Origin: Candidatus Levyibacteriota bacterium
Lineage (GTDB): Bacteria; Patescibacteriota; Microgenomatia; Levybacterales; UBA12049
NCBI GenBank assembly: GCA_043823085.1
Contig: JBDRBE010000004.1
Location: 342,780-406,779, forward strand
Reading direction: 5' to 3'
Length of the DNA: 64,000 nt
Made by a program: the position numbers and the translations under genes
Shown: one piece after another, positions 27,302 through 37,166 of the stretch
Layout: each line of letters opens with the position of its first letter
Position numbering within the stretch: position 1 is the stretch's first letter
The notes under the pieces: model-generated
Told to the model about the DNA's origin: nothing
Seen by the model: only the letters and a program-made list of their open reading frames with translations
Database searches by the model: none

Positions 27302-27904
27302 ATGGTTACAGAACTAGCTCCCAAATGTTTGCCAGTAGAAGAACAAATTGCAAGGATAAGGAAAGATTACAAGTTGCCTAGATTGACAGTAACTAATAAT
27401 ACTCTGGAAATTATTGCTAGACTTGTTGTAGCTATTGATAAATTGCCCCATATGTTATCACCAGGAGAGAAACGGGCTCTACTTGTGACAGGCTACTATA
27501 CTCGTGCCGATGATTATCCGGACAATTATTGTCCTTCCGTAGAAGAAGTTGGAAAAACTTTAGGAGTTAATGAGGAAAAAGTTTGGGATTATTTTAAATC
27601 AACGGTCGATAGTAAAACCCTAGGACCAATACTAGAGAATCTTTCGAACGCCGGTAAAACTTATCACCTTAACGGTGATCTTAGAGGTATTGATGCAAGA
27701 GTTTTTGAGATCGTAAAAAATAATCCTCTATTAGGCGTTAAAGAATTAACAAGTCGCTTAAGAGTAAATAAGACAAATTTTGCTAAACTTGAAACAATAA
27801 TACGTTCTCTGAAAAGAATAAAAGAACACCTTGATTGTCACGGGCAAAATTATGATGATCTCCCAATCTTAAACTCAACTACATCCCCGTCTTTTACGAT
27901 ATAA
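27302..27904 (+). CDS. hypothetical protein with a sigma region-4-like HTH
   Basis: HTH segment LSPGEKRALLVTGYY..PSVEEVGKTLGVNEEKV. 3' end overlaps the converging ychF. Confidence 0.35.
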   Translation: MVTELAPKCLPVEEQIARIRKDYKLPRLTVTNNTLEIIARLVVAIDKLPHMLSPGEKRALLVTGYYTRADDYPDNYCPSVEEVGKTLGVNEEKVWDYFKSTVDSKTLGPILENLSNAGKTYHLNGDLRGIDARVFEIVKNNPLLGVKELTSRLRVNKTNFAKLETIIRSLKRIKEHLDCHGQNYDDLPILNSTTSPSFTI

Positions 27905-28932
27905 TCCCTGCCTTCCATTCTTGCTTTTCCCAATTCTCTCGCTCTCTTCCAGCCGCCTGACTGAACAAAATCATCAAAAAAAACAGCTTCGGCTTTAATA
28001 AAGTTTGCAATAAAATCCGTGTGAATCACTCCCGCCGCCTCAACAGCTTTCATCCCCTTTTGAATAGTCCAGGCTCTAACTTCCTTTTCGCCGGCTGTCA
28101 AGAAAGAAATTAAATTAAGAGTTTCATAGGCCTTTTTAACTAACCTCTCAAGCCCTTGCTCTTTTAGTCCTAACTCCAAAAGATATTCTTTTTGTTCACT
28201 TTCGGATAACTCCGATAATTCCTGTTCTATTTTTGCGCTGATTGCAATTGTGTCTTCTCCGAAATTATTTTTTAAATCACTCTCGTCAACATTGGCAACA
28301 TAAATTATCGGTTTAAAAGTTAAAAGCGCTAAATCTTTGACCAATATTTTTTCTTCGTCATTTAACTTACACTCTCTTGCAAGCTTTCCCTCATCCAATG
28401 TTTTTTTTAATTTTCCAATTGCACTAAATCTGATTATTTCATCTTTGGATGCGATTTTTTTGGGTCCTTGCTGTTTTTCCAGTGTTTGTAAATCAGCCAA
28501 CATAAGTTCTGTATTTACAATTGATTTATCCGATTCCGGATTTGGTTCGCCGCCAACATGAATTACATCTTTGTCTTTAAAATGCCTGACAACTTCACAA
28601 ATTGCATCAACTTCACGTATATGTGATAAAAATTTATTTCCCAAACCCTGCCCTTTGGCCGCTCCTTTCACCAAACCGGCAATATCGACGAACCGAACGG
28701 TAGCCGGTACAACCGGCGGACGTGAGGTCCTGAGCGAAGTCGAAGGATTTCCCGCGACAATATCTGCTAGCACCTCTAACCTTTTATCCGGCACCGGAAC
28801 AATTCCAACATTTGGTTCAATTGTCGCAAAAGGAAAATTCGCTACAAACGCAGCCTGCTTTTTCAACAAAGCATTGAACAATGTACTTTTTCCAACATTC
28901 GGCAACCCAACAATCCCAATTGCTAAAGCCAT
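27850..28932 (-). CDS. ychF: ribosome-binding ATPase YchF (Obg family GTPase)
   Basis: G1 motif GIVGLPNVGKST. YchF-type TGS C-terminal domain (VRAWTIQKG..GDVVEF). Confidence 0.85.
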   Translation of the reverse strand: MALAIGIVGLPNVGKSTLFNALLKKQAAFVANFPFATIEPNVGIVPVPDKRLEVLADIVAGNPSTSLRTSRPPVVPATVRFVDIAGLVKGAAKGQGLGNKFLSHIREVDAICEVVRHFKDKDVIHVGGEPNPESDKSIVNTELMLADLQTLEKQQGPKKIASKDEIIRFSAIGKLKKTLDEGKLARECKLNDEEKILVKDLALLTFKPIIYVANVDESDLKNNFGEDTIAISAKIEQELSELSESEQKEYLLELGLKEQGLERLVKKAYETLNLISFLTAGEKEVRAWTIQKGMKAVEAAGVIHTDFIANFIKAEAVFFDDFVQSGGWKRARELGKARMEGRDYIVKDGDVVEFKIGRSS

Positions 28933-29169
28933 TTTATAATTTTATCACAAATTATAAATATAAAAAAACTATCCCATAATATTGCTTTTTCTACTTTTTC
29001 GTGGGATAAAAGCGCAAAGGAATACCTTTCTCTCTACAATAAACTTATTGAACCTACGCCTTAAATCTCTTTGATATAGCAGATAAAATATCCCAAAAAC
29101 AACTTTTTCTACAAACAAAAAACTAATTAATTTAAGAAAGCTATTCGGTTCCAAAATCTTCCCCCCTTT

Positions 29170-31026
29170 TTAATTTCCTCCCGAACAATCTTTCGGACAA
29201 TTTTCTTTGGTTTCACCATTAATCGACTCGCAAATAGTATCACCGCATTTACTGGTTCCTTGTTTATTTTCTCCACCGGTCACCGGACTTGTTTTCTGGC
29301 CTAATAAACCTAAAATGAAATTAATAACCTGCTGTAACAAACCGGTTTGTCCTTTCCCTGAAAGCTGGTTTTCTATGCCGCTTGCTCCATTGTTCATTTC
29401 TTTCATCGCTTCACTCATTGGTTTTGGCTCAATAATCTTATCGCAGGAAAAAACTTTTGTCCTGTTTGGAGATAAAATCTCTTCAAAAAAGTAGGGGGAA
29501 CCGCCAGTTCCGACCGCAATATATTTACCATTTGCAGAAACAGCCACTTCTTCCACAAATTCTTTAAACTCTACAGGCGTATCTTTTTTTCCGCCAGCTG
29601 GCGGATTGGGATCCAATATGTGAACTTTGCTATCGGTGCTTCCCAAGGCAATTATGCTGCCGTCATCGGAAATATCAGCCGAACCTATGGTAGTATTTAA
29701 ATGCCAGTCTGAAATTGATTTACCATTTTTATTCAAAAGATAAACATCGCCTATAGTATTGGCTACCACAATTGAGTTTCCGTCAGATGTCATACCCATT
29801 GCCCTGGCAGCTTTGGAAGCAGAACCTGTAAATTTCCACAAGGGCGTAGAGGAGTTTCTAGAAAATGCTACTACCATTGAAGAATCAGGACCGCCGTCGG
29901 TAGAAAAACTGGCAAAACTTCCGTCTTTGGTAATCCTGGCTCGCTGAACTGGCGAATCATAAGTCAATCTGCCGGAAATCATTACCGGCTTATTGGAATC
30001 CTTACTGAAAATGTAGGCTTGGCGGTCCGGGCAGCCGGTTGAACCAACCACAAAACTACCGTCTTGGGAAAATGCAATATCATGAAAATTACCGGAAGAA
30101 TGATACTGCCACAATGGCTTTGAGGAATCTGCTTTCCATATAATTAACAAGTTGCTGTTTTGTTCATTTTCCGAACCGGCTGTGGCCGCTCCAACATATT
30201 GTCCGTCTTTAGAAATTGCTACATTATAGGCATTGCCTACATTGGACATCCAGACAGGCTGTTTACTGGATTTATTAAAAAATAAAACAGTGTCACCAAT
30301 TGAGGCAAAAATCTTTGAACCGTCAGAAGAAATTGCCGCCCCGCCTTTAACATCTCCGCCAATCATTCCTCCAGCACCTTGCTCGTAAACCCATAAAGGC
30401 TTACTGGATTTAGAAGTATCAAACAACAAAACTTTTCGGGAGGTTTTCGCAGCCAGGTATTTTCCATCATTAGATAAAGCTACTCCGCCAACCCATTCAT
30501 CACCCAACGGATATTCCAGAATCTTCTTGCCGGAACTGTCCATTACCGCTATCTCGTTATGTAGAAAATCTGATTCAAAAAGCACCGGCCCGTTGCCGGG
30601 AGAATCAATTATTCCTTCCCGAGTCTTGCCTAAACCGTTAGAGGCTTCAAAGAAGAAAAAGTTGCTGCCGATTTTATTGGGAACAAATTTATAAATGTAG
30701 CGGACGCCCTTTTTATAATCATTATTATTTGGATCTTCTTTTTGAGGTGTAATCCAACTGCCGTTAAAATACATTTTTACATATTCCGGCGGCCTGCCCT
30801 CTTTATCTTTGTAAGTTGTGTGATAAGTATATCTCTGACAGGGCGGCCCCCACATAGGATAAACCCCGCCATTTTCTAAAATTGGATCATTGGGAGTTTG
30901 AGGAAGTTTTGGAATCATCTGGCCCGGACCGGGCGGAGGCTTACTTTCTGCCAAAGTTTTAGGTAAACCAAAAAAGTGGCTGATTAAAAATAAAACCAGA
31001 CCAATCAGAAGAATTCTTTTCATCAT
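29170..31026 (-). CDS. secreted beta-propeller repeat protein (PQQ/WD40-like) with a Cys-rich C-terminal tail
   Basis: Likely start MMKRILLIGLVLFLIS (signal peptide). Repeated beta-propeller blades. C-terminus CGDTICESINGETKENCPKDCSGG. The upstream extension in the ORF track is spurious. Confidence 0.5.
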   Translation of the reverse strand: MMKRILLIGLVLFLISHFFGLPKTLAESKPPPGPGQMIPKLPQTPNDPILENGGVYPMWGPPCQRYTYHTTYKDKEGRPPEYVKMYFNGSWITPQKEDPNNNDYKKGVRYIYKFVPNKIGSNFFFFEASNGLGKTREGIIDSPGNGPVLFESDFLHNEIAVMDSSGKKILEYPLGDEWVGGVALSNDGKYLAAKTSRKVLLFDTSKSSKPLWVYEQGAGGMIGGDVKGGAAISSDGSKIFASIGDTVLFFNKSSKQPVWMSNVGNAYNVAISKDGQYVGAATAGSENEQNSNLLIIWKADSSKPLWQYHSSGNFHDIAFSQDGSFVVGSTGCPDRQAYIFSKDSNKPVMISGRLTYDSPVQRARITKDGSFASFSTDGGPDSSMVVAFSRNSSTPLWKFTGSASKAARAMGMTSDGNSIVVANTIGDVYLLNKNGKSISDWHLNTTIGSADISDDGSIIALGSTDSKVHILDPNPPAGGKKDTPVEFKEFVEEVAVSANGKYIAVGTGGSPYFFEEILSPNRTKVFSCDKIIEPKPMSEAMKEMNNGASGIENQLSGKGQTGLLQQVINFILGLLGQKTSPVTGGENKQGTSKCGDTICESINGETKENCPKDCSGGN

Positions 31027-31147
31027 CAACTGTAGCCTAATAAAACAGTATGTTATTGAGAAATTTTTGTCAAGAGCTAAAGGTTGAGTCTGGTGCAAAA
31101 ATCTTCTCCTTGACTTTGTTGTTTTAAAAACAGTACGATATAAACCT

Positions 31148-31708
31148 ATGGCAAAAGCTGATAAAAAAATCGAAGACCCGAATTTGTGTCCCAAGTGCGG
31201 CTCAACACTTGCCGAAATAACCGTCACCAAAACCGGACGAAAACTGCAAAGATGCGCTAAAGGCTCCTGGGATCCCGAGACTAGAAAAAATGTCGGATGC
31301 GATTATGTCAAATGGTTTGAAATTGAGCCGCAAGAACTGGATGAAATATGTCCCAAATGCGGCAGTAAATTAGTGTTGGCAGTTACCCGTTTTGGAAAGA
31401 AAATGAAAAAGTGTTCGAAAGGCTCTTGGGATAAAGAAGCCAAAAAAGCTGTCGGATGCGATTATATCGAATGGATCAATGGAACGACAGAACCATTAGA
31501 TGAAGAATGTCCGGACTGCCAAGAAAAATTGGTTTTGTTTACAACTGTAAACGGTAAAAAAATGAAAAAATGTTCAACCGCAGGATGGGACAAAATTGAG
31601 CGCAAAGCAACCGGCTGCCCGTATGTTTACTGGCTCAAGCCCAGTGAATATCCCCAAAATATTGATAGCGGCGGTGAAGAATATCTTCCCCCAGAACCGG
31701 AAGAGTAA
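31148..31708 (+). CDS. protein made of three tandem topoisomerase-I-type C4 zinc ribbons
   Basis: Three repeats of CPKCGS..(K)CSKGSWD..VGCDY(I/V)(K/E)W. Confidence 0.55.
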   Translation: MAKADKKIEDPNLCPKCGSTLAEITVTKTGRKLQRCAKGSWDPETRKNVGCDYVKWFEIEPQELDEICPKCGSKLVLAVTRFGKKMKKCSKGSWDKEAKKAVGCDYIEWINGTTEPLDEECPDCQEKLVLFTTVNGKKMKKCSTAGWDKIERKATGCPYVYWLKPSEYPQNIDSGGEEYLPPEPEE

Positions 31709-31766
31709 TTCCATATTTTTCATCTTGACAAAATGCTGGATTTATTTTATAAATATCTTTTATAAT

Positions 31767-31979
31767 ATGGGAAGGAAAGAATTTCGTCCGTTAAATGGAT
31801 TAAATCCCCGAGGAGTTCATTCTGGAAATGGCGGGAAAGAAACATTTTCATTATCACCAAGACAAGAAAGAATCAAGCTTAAAGAAAGCGTGAGAGCATG
31901 GACAGAAGGTGGCGAAGGAACGTATTATGAATCATTAGGCAAAAAAGCTGTTGAAACAGGCGCGCTCAAACACCCCTAA
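31767..31979 (+). CDS. small hypothetical protein (70 aa)
   Basis: Preceded by TTGACA..TATAAT. Followed by the perfect hairpin GTCAAACG-N9-CGTTTGAC plus a T-tract at 32012-32045. Confidence 0.3.
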   Translation: MGRKEFRPLNGLNPRGVHSGNGGKETFSLSPRQERIKLKESVRAWTEGGEGTYYESLGKKAVETGALKHP

Positions 31980-32088
31980 ACTATACGCTATCCCCTATTT
32001 CCCTATACGCCACAGTCAAACGTGGCTGTCGCGTTTGACGCGACGCTATTTTTTGCATATTTTTACAATTGTGCTAAAATCAAGGCGT

Positions 32089-32301
32089 ATGACAAGTGCA
32101 TTAGCAGAAACTCGTGAATTCCCTAGGAAACGTGTTATTCATGATAATCAAAAAACGGCTACAGTCGTCATAAATCTGGATGGTACTAATGAGGGCCATC
32201 GCGGTTTTGTTGATCCGAACAAATTAAGAAGAGAACTCAGACTATATCGGGGACTGGGACCAAGATTTCACGGCCATCACCCTCATCATCACCGCCATTA
32301 A
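32089..32301 (+). CDS. small hypothetical His-rich protein (70 aa, ends HGHHPHHHRH)
   Basis: Own promoter TTGCAT..TGCTAAAAT. The downstream sequence repeats that of the previous small ORF. Confidence 0.3.
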   Translation: MTSALAETREFPRKRVIHDNQKTATVVINLDGTNEGHRGFVDPNKLRRELRLYRGLGPRFHGHHPHHHRH

Positions 32302-32486
32302 ACTATCCCCATTTCCTATCCCCCCTAAACGCTAGACGCTATTAACTATACGCTAATTTCATTGTTCGTCCGAAAACACCGAATAAAACTTCCCTTCGGC
32401 CAATTTTTTGGCATGCCTTGACTGTTTAATAATTATAGGCTAAAATAGCATTTGTAATTTAAGAAAACTTATAATAGTTTTTACTC

Positions 32487-33308
32487 ATGGTTACACATAT
32501 GACGCACGCTGAAACAGAACCAAAACAAGCTGTCGCTACAGATATAAAACCATTATTGTGGGAGCAATACCCAATGAGCCCTTTATCTAGCGAAGAACAA
32601 GCTCTATTCCAAGGCTTGACGTGGATAAACACAGAAGTTAGAAAAATGGAATACCCGCAACCCAAGTTTGGAATAAGTGAAATAGTAGTTGGTGAACCCA
32701 CGCAAGTTGTTATGATAACTCAAGGCGAAAAAGGTAATTTGGTCAAAAGAATCATTCCAGAAAAAGATAGAACAGTGGTTGGTTTGGGAGCTGGTCCATC
32801 TGTTCCCGAGCGCAGTGTATACTCTAACGATAGTTTTGTTAATTTCGGACCAGCCGATAATAACAGTGTTAAAAGACATGTGGTTTTTCAGAAAGGAACT
32901 GACATTAATAGTAAAACAATACAAAAAGCTATAGCTCTAACTGAAATGTTACAGACTGCAATACAACAAGATCAAGCTTCTCGAAAAATTAAACAAGCAG
33001 AAAGAGATCTCATAGAAAATCTTGGGCTCTCCGACATGGACCCAGTCATAACTGAAGCCCTTACGCAAAGTTTATTTAGCAAACTTCAGGAGGCAGCAAT
33101 TGAGTCTGGGCTTATTAAGACATCGAGAAGTGAACTGCCACAGAAGATACGTAACTTAGCAGATGAAATAGAAAAAGCCGGGATTAAATGCATTGAGTTT
33201 TGGATTGATGGAAGTGTTTATTGGCCAGATGGTATTCGAAAATCGTGGATGCCAGAAACTGATGAATATGCATGGAGCGTGTGGGGCAAACCAAGAAGCA
33301 TAATTTAG
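32487..33308 (+). CDS. hypothetical protein
   Basis: 273 aa. Promoter TTGACT-N17-TAAAAT at about 32420-32450. Confidence 0.4.
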   Translation: MVTHMTHAETEPKQAVATDIKPLLWEQYPMSPLSSEEQALFQGLTWINTEVRKMEYPQPKFGISEIVVGEPTQVVMITQGEKGNLVKRIIPEKDRTVVGLGAGPSVPERSVYSNDSFVNFGPADNNSVKRHVVFQKGTDINSKTIQKAIALTEMLQTAIQQDQASRKIKQAERDLIENLGLSDMDPVITEALTQSLFSKLQEAAIESGLIKTSRSELPQKIRNLADEIEKAGIKCIEFWIDGSVYWPDGIRKSWMPETDEYAWSVWGKPRSII

Positions 33309-33372
33309 GAATCAAAAATTCTGAGAAGCAGCTTAGCTTATTTTCCTGAAAGATCCTAAATCTTTTCTATCT

Positions 33373-33795
33373 CTAATAGCCAAAAGATATTTCCCCTTCT
33401 GCTCTAATTTCGCCGTTTACTGACGCGCGAACATGACCTTTCCCATAATTTGACCGCATTTTGCCAAGCTCTGCTTCCAATATTACTTCCTCTCTCCTTT
33501 CAATCGGTTGACCAAATTTAAAATTGTTCACTCCTGTCAACACAGCTAATTTACCTTTATTTTCCGGTAATCCCAAAATTGCAACAGCACCAGCCTCTGA
33601 TAAAGCTTCTATTATTAAAGGTTGCGGAAAAGTTTTACGAGTCCCAAGTACCGGGTCATTTGTCCAGTCAGTCATTATTCCAACCGCCCACTCGCCAGGT
33701 TGAACAGTAATCGATTCAACAAAAAATGTCGGCGGTCTATGGGGAATAATTCCCATTACTTGTTCTCTTGTAAGACTTCTAAATTTTTCCGACAT
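33373..33795 (-). CDS. FabZ/FabA-like hot-dog fold dehydratase
   Basis: Motif IPHRPPTFFVESI ... G.M.E...Q resembles the FabZ N-terminus LPHRYPFLLVD. Hot-dog fold length. Confidence 0.5.
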   Translation of the reverse strand: MSEKFRSLTREQVMGIIPHRPPTFFVESITVQPGEWAVGIMTDWTNDPVLGTRKTFPQPLIIEALSEAGAVAILGLPENKGKLAVLTGVNNFKFGQPIERREEVILEAELGKMRSNYGKGHVRASVNGEIRAEGEISFGY

Positions 33796-33840
33796 AAATT
33801 CTTCTTGCGCAAAATTACGCTGCAGCTGAAATCGGCGCAT

Positions 33841-33877
33841 TTGTTACACCTCTTGTTACACCTCGGGGGTGTAACAA
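33841..33877. repeat. REP-like hairpin TTGTTACACC-TCGGGGG-GTGTAACAA, with a partial extra half-copy
   Basis: Inverted orientation relative to the copies flanking the RAYT gene. Intergenic, between the fabZ-like gene and cysS. Confidence 0.6.
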
Positions 33878-33881
33878 AATT

Positions 33882-35321
33882 TTAGAGCTTTTTTACTTCC
33901 GAACCACTTTCGGTGTCCGTAACTTCCCAGCCGAGTTTTTTAATTCTCTGGCGAAGACCGTCCGCCAAATGAAATCTTTTTTGATATCGTAACTCTTCCC
34001 TTTCTTTAACCATTTTCATAATTTCCTCTGGGACTTTCTCTTGTTGAACATTGTTTTTCGTTTGAACTGATTTAAGGTTCAATCCAAGCACTTCATCCAT
34101 TTTATATAGGCTATTTGCTTTCGCAGACTTTGGCGCATTTGAGCGAATCATGTCCCAAACAGCAGCCATTGCTTTTGGCATATTTAAATCATCGTTTATC
34201 GCCTCCAAAAACTTCTGCTCGAACTCTGAACAGATAATTTTTGATTCTTCTAATTCATGCTTGTCCGCCGAAGCCTTGGCGAAGGCGGAATTCATAATTC
34301 CTAATTCTTTCCGCAAGTTTTCCAGCGCATTTTGCGCCGCTTCCAAGGCTTCCCAAGTAAAATTCATTTTTTGTTTGTAGTGAACAGTCATTGCCAAATA
34401 TCGAAAAGAAAGAGGATCAAATTTACGCTTTTCAATTTCCGATAAAACATAAACATTTCCTTTTGACCGTGACATTTTTTCATTATCAACAAGTAAATAT
34501 CCTCCGTGTACCCAATAATTAACAAACTTTTGTCCGGTCGCCCCTTCAGATTGCGCAATTTCATCTTCGTGATGAGGAAAAATTAAATCCTCTCCGCCTG
34601 TATGAACATCGATCGTAATCCCCAATTCATTAATCGCCATCACGCTACATTCAATATGCCAGCCGGGAAAACCCTCTCCCCACGGACTTTCCCATTTCAT
34701 AAGTCTCGCACCTTCCGCTTTTTTCCAAAGCGCAAAATCAATACTGTCTTTTTTATCTGTTTCAACAGAAACGCGGACTGCTTTTAATAAATTATCCATT
34801 TTGTCCAAAGTGTTTCCAGAAAGTTTTCCATAATCCTTGAATTTTTTAACGTCAAAATAAACTGTGCCATCAACCTCGTATGCCAAACCTTTTTTGAGAA
34901 GAACTTTTATAATTTCAATCATTTCTTTAACATTTTCCGAGGCTTTAGGAAATTTGTTGGCCTTTTTAATATTGAGTTTTTCTTCGTCTTCTAAATATAG
35001 CTCCGTGTAGTGCTCTGAAATTTCCTGCGGAGTTTTACCTTCTTTTAGCGCCTCTTCTATTATCGGATCGATTTGATTATCTTGATTTTCCCCGGGCCGC
35101 CTCATGTGTCCGACATCGGTAATATTTTTAACGTGCTTTACTTTGTAGTCATTATATTCCAAAGTCCGGCGCAAAAAATCAGCTGTTAAATATGTACGCA
35201 TATTGCCGATATGAACCTCCCGATAAACTGTGGGCCCGCAAGTATACATGCCGACATTGGGCGGATTGATGGACACAAACTCCTCGATTTTTCTTGAAAG
35301 TGTGTTATAAATTCTTAACAT
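33882..35321 (-). CDS. cysS: cysteinyl-tRNA synthetase
   Basis: HIGN motif. KMSRSKGN (KMSKS) motif. Zinc-binding CGPTVY. Confidence 0.9.
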   Translation of the reverse strand: MLRIYNTLSRKIEEFVSINPPNVGMYTCGPTVYREVHIGNMRTYLTADFLRRTLEYNDYKVKHVKNITDVGHMRRPGENQDNQIDPIIEEALKEGKTPQEISEHYTELYLEDEEKLNIKKANKFPKASENVKEMIEIIKVLLKKGLAYEVDGTVYFDVKKFKDYGKLSGNTLDKMDNLLKAVRVSVETDKKDSIDFALWKKAEGARLMKWESPWGEGFPGWHIECSVMAINELGITIDVHTGGEDLIFPHHEDEIAQSEGATGQKFVNYWVHGGYLLVDNEKMSRSKGNVYVLSEIEKRKFDPLSFRYLAMTVHYKQKMNFTWEALEAAQNALENLRKELGIMNSAFAKASADKHELEESKIICSEFEQKFLEAINDDLNMPKAMAAVWDMIRSNAPKSAKANSLYKMDEVLGLNLKSVQTKNNVQQEKVPEEIMKMVKEREELRYQKRFHLADGLRQRIKKLGWEVTDTESGSEVKKL

Positions 35322-35439
35322 AGTCTAAATTTTCAATTTTAAATTTTCAATTTCAAATCAAATCTGAATGTTTTAATTATTAAATTTTAAATCATTAAAA
35401 ATTCATTAAAAATTAAATATTTCGAATTTAAAATTTGGT

Positions 35440-36009
35440 TTATCCCGCTCCAATTGGAACTTCTACTCTTTGCTTTTTTTGCTTAACCAGTTCCGGCACA
35501 CCTTTGGCTTTTTTCTCTTTTTCTTCTTGCAATTCTTCCATTTTTTCCCTTTCCACTTTTTCGGCCGGCTTTTCTTCCGCCTGTCTTTGCGGGGTCGTTA
35601 ATTTATGATAATATTCACCATGCAATCTTTGTTTTAATGCTTCCTCTTTTTGCTTATCTTCAATCTCTTTTTGGGCGATTTGTTCTTTTGGTATTTCGGG
35701 TTTTTCCCCGCCGTATAAATGCTTGACTACGTCTTTTGTTTCCTGCGTTTGCTCAATTGGTTTTTGCGGAAGTTCGGATTTTCCTGGCGCGCTTTTTGGA
35801 CTGATCCCAACTGCCGTTTGAACAGCACCGCCGAATCCCTTTTGTCCCTGTTGCTTATTGCTTGCTACTTGTTTCTGTTGCGCTTGTGTTTTTTGTCCGG
35901 CCGCTTGGTATTTTTGTTTTCCTGTAATTTGACTACCAGCAGTTTTTATCGACTCAATCCCCTCTTCTTTTATTGTTTCCAGCGAACCACCGAGAATATT
36001 TTTTATCAT
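35440..36009 (-). CDS. hypothetical Lys/Gln/Glu-rich low-complexity protein
   Basis: 189-aa ORF. No domain recognised. Confidence 0.35.
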   Translation of the reverse strand: MIKNILGGSLETIKEEGIESIKTAGSQITGKQKYQAAGQKTQAQQKQVASNKQQGQKGFGGAVQTAVGISPKSAPGKSELPQKPIEQTQETKDVVKHLYGGEKPEIPKEQIAQKEIEDKQKEEALKQRLHGEYYHKLTTPQRQAEEKPAEKVEREKMEELQEEKEKKAKGVPELVKQKKQRVEVPIGAG

Positions 36010-36030
36010 ACTTTGTTTTATTTAGATTTT

Positions 36031-36190
36031 TGCGAGGAGGCATAAAATTTTCGCCGTTCGCATTTTGAGCTTAACATAAAAAGAACCGATTGAAAAGAGA
36101 CCTAATGAACAAATTAAGTAATTTTTAAAGAATGACTGTTGCGAACTGCGGAACAAGAAAACTTTTGTGCCGACTTCAGCAAAAATCTAG
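36031..36190. mobile_element. MITE-like element, second full copy (GGCATAAAATTTTCGCCGTTCGCATT ... GCGAACTGCGGAACAAGAAAACTTTTGTGCCGAC)
   Basis: Same terminal inverted repeats as 21651-21805. Confidence 0.6.
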
Positions 36191-36495
36191 CCCAGAACCC
36201 CTAACTTCTTTTTTGCACTTTTTGAAATTCTTTCCGGTGTCCACACAGGCTCCCAAACCAAGTCAACTTTAACCTTTTTCACTCCTTTTACTTCTTTTAT
36301 TCCCTCCTCCACCCAATCGCTAAAAGCAGTAGCAAGCGGACAGCCGGGAAAAGTTAGCGTCATTTTGACGTTAACATTGCCCGTTTTTTGCTCAATTTTA
36401 ACGCCGTAAATCAACCCCAAATCAACAATATTGATACCAAGCTCGGGGTCAATAACTTTCTTTAATTGCCTCCGAATTTGTTTCTCATTAATCAT
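36187..36495 (-). CDS. DUF59/MIP18-family Fe-S cluster assembly protein (SufT/PaaD-like)
   Basis: Segments MINEKQIRRQLKKVIDPELGINIVDLGLIY and TFPGCP are typical of the family. Confidence 0.6.
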   Translation of the reverse strand: MINEKQIRRQLKKVIDPELGINIVDLGLIYGVKIEQKTGNVNVKMTLTFPGCPLATAFSDWVEEGIKEVKGVKKVKVDLVWEPVWTPERISKSAKKKLGVLG

Positions 36496-36530
36496 TTGCT
36501 TGTTTATTCTAAATTCTTTTTACAACTCTT

Positions 36531-36558
36531 CACTTAAATGATATATATCATTTAAGTG
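36531..36558. promoter_or_regulatory. 28-bp perfect palindrome CACTTAAATGATATATATCATTTAAGTG immediately 3' of the TrpR-like gene
   Basis: Seen directly in the sequence. A sister palindrome is at 37006-37033. Confidence 0.5.
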
Positions 36559-36559
36559 G

Positions 36560-37003
36560 TCAGAAGGCTTTTCTGTTTTTCCATTTTCTTTCTTCATGCT
36601 TTCTTCGATAATACGACCATGTACTTCCTTTGGACGGAGGAATTTTTGCCAGCATGTCTTCCACCTTTTGCCAAAATTCGCTTATCTTTTCGTCACGAAG
36701 TATTTTTTCAACCGCCTTTTTATAGCCTTTACCTGAATATTTAAGACTAATGCTTACCGAGGCGATTGTTGGAGGAGTAACCCGCAAGATATTTCCTATT
36801 GAAGGATACCTATAACCCTTTTCCAGTAAAACAGCAATTGAGAGACGTTTTGCCAACATTATTTTCTCTACTGGTGAGAGAAATTCTTCTAGAAAATCGT
36901 CGATATCCTGCGAATCCTTAAGACTTGCTATTACACTTTTAAAAATCTCAAACATTCTCTTTTGGACATCTTTATGAATCGGATATTTTGAAACCTGCGC
37001 CAT
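36560..37003 (-). CDS. TrpR-like (YerC/YecD family) DNA-binding protein
   Basis: TrpR-fold HTH region LSPVEKIMLAKRLSIAVLLEKGYRYPSIGNILRVTPPTIASV. Confidence 0.65.
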   Translation of the reverse strand: MAQVSKYPIHKDVQKRMFEIFKSVIASLKDSQDIDDFLEEFLSPVEKIMLAKRLSIAVLLEKGYRYPSIGNILRVTPPTIASVSISLKYSGKGYKKAVEKILRDEKISEFWQKVEDMLAKIPPSKGSTWSYYRRKHEERKWKNRKAF

Positions 37004-37005
37004 AA

Positions 37006-37041
37006 CACTTTAATGATATATATCATTAAAGTGGTTGTCAA
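37006..37041 (-). promoter_or_regulatory. 28-bp perfect palindrome CACTTTAATGATATATATCATTAAAGTG overlapping the promoter TTGACA-N17-TATCAT-N9-ATG of the TrpR-like gene (putative operator)
   Basis: The palindrome spans the promoter spacer and -10 and ends 2 nt before the start codon. Confidence 0.5.
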
Positions 37042-37166
37042 GAATTATTTTTTGATTCAATAACTTCTACCCTACCCTTTTTACTAATCTCTTAATTACC
37101 ATTTGCTGATTACTTATTTACTGATTTTTATTGACAGCATATTGTGCTTGTGCTAATATCACCGAT

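Noticed and set aside
31951-32301. ORF track ORF 31951-32301 (116 aa) treated as a single gene.
   Set aside because: The first half overlaps a strong hairpin terminator and a promoter. The only plausible coding part is the 70-aa ORF that starts at 32089 after the TTGCAT..TGCTAAAAT promoter.
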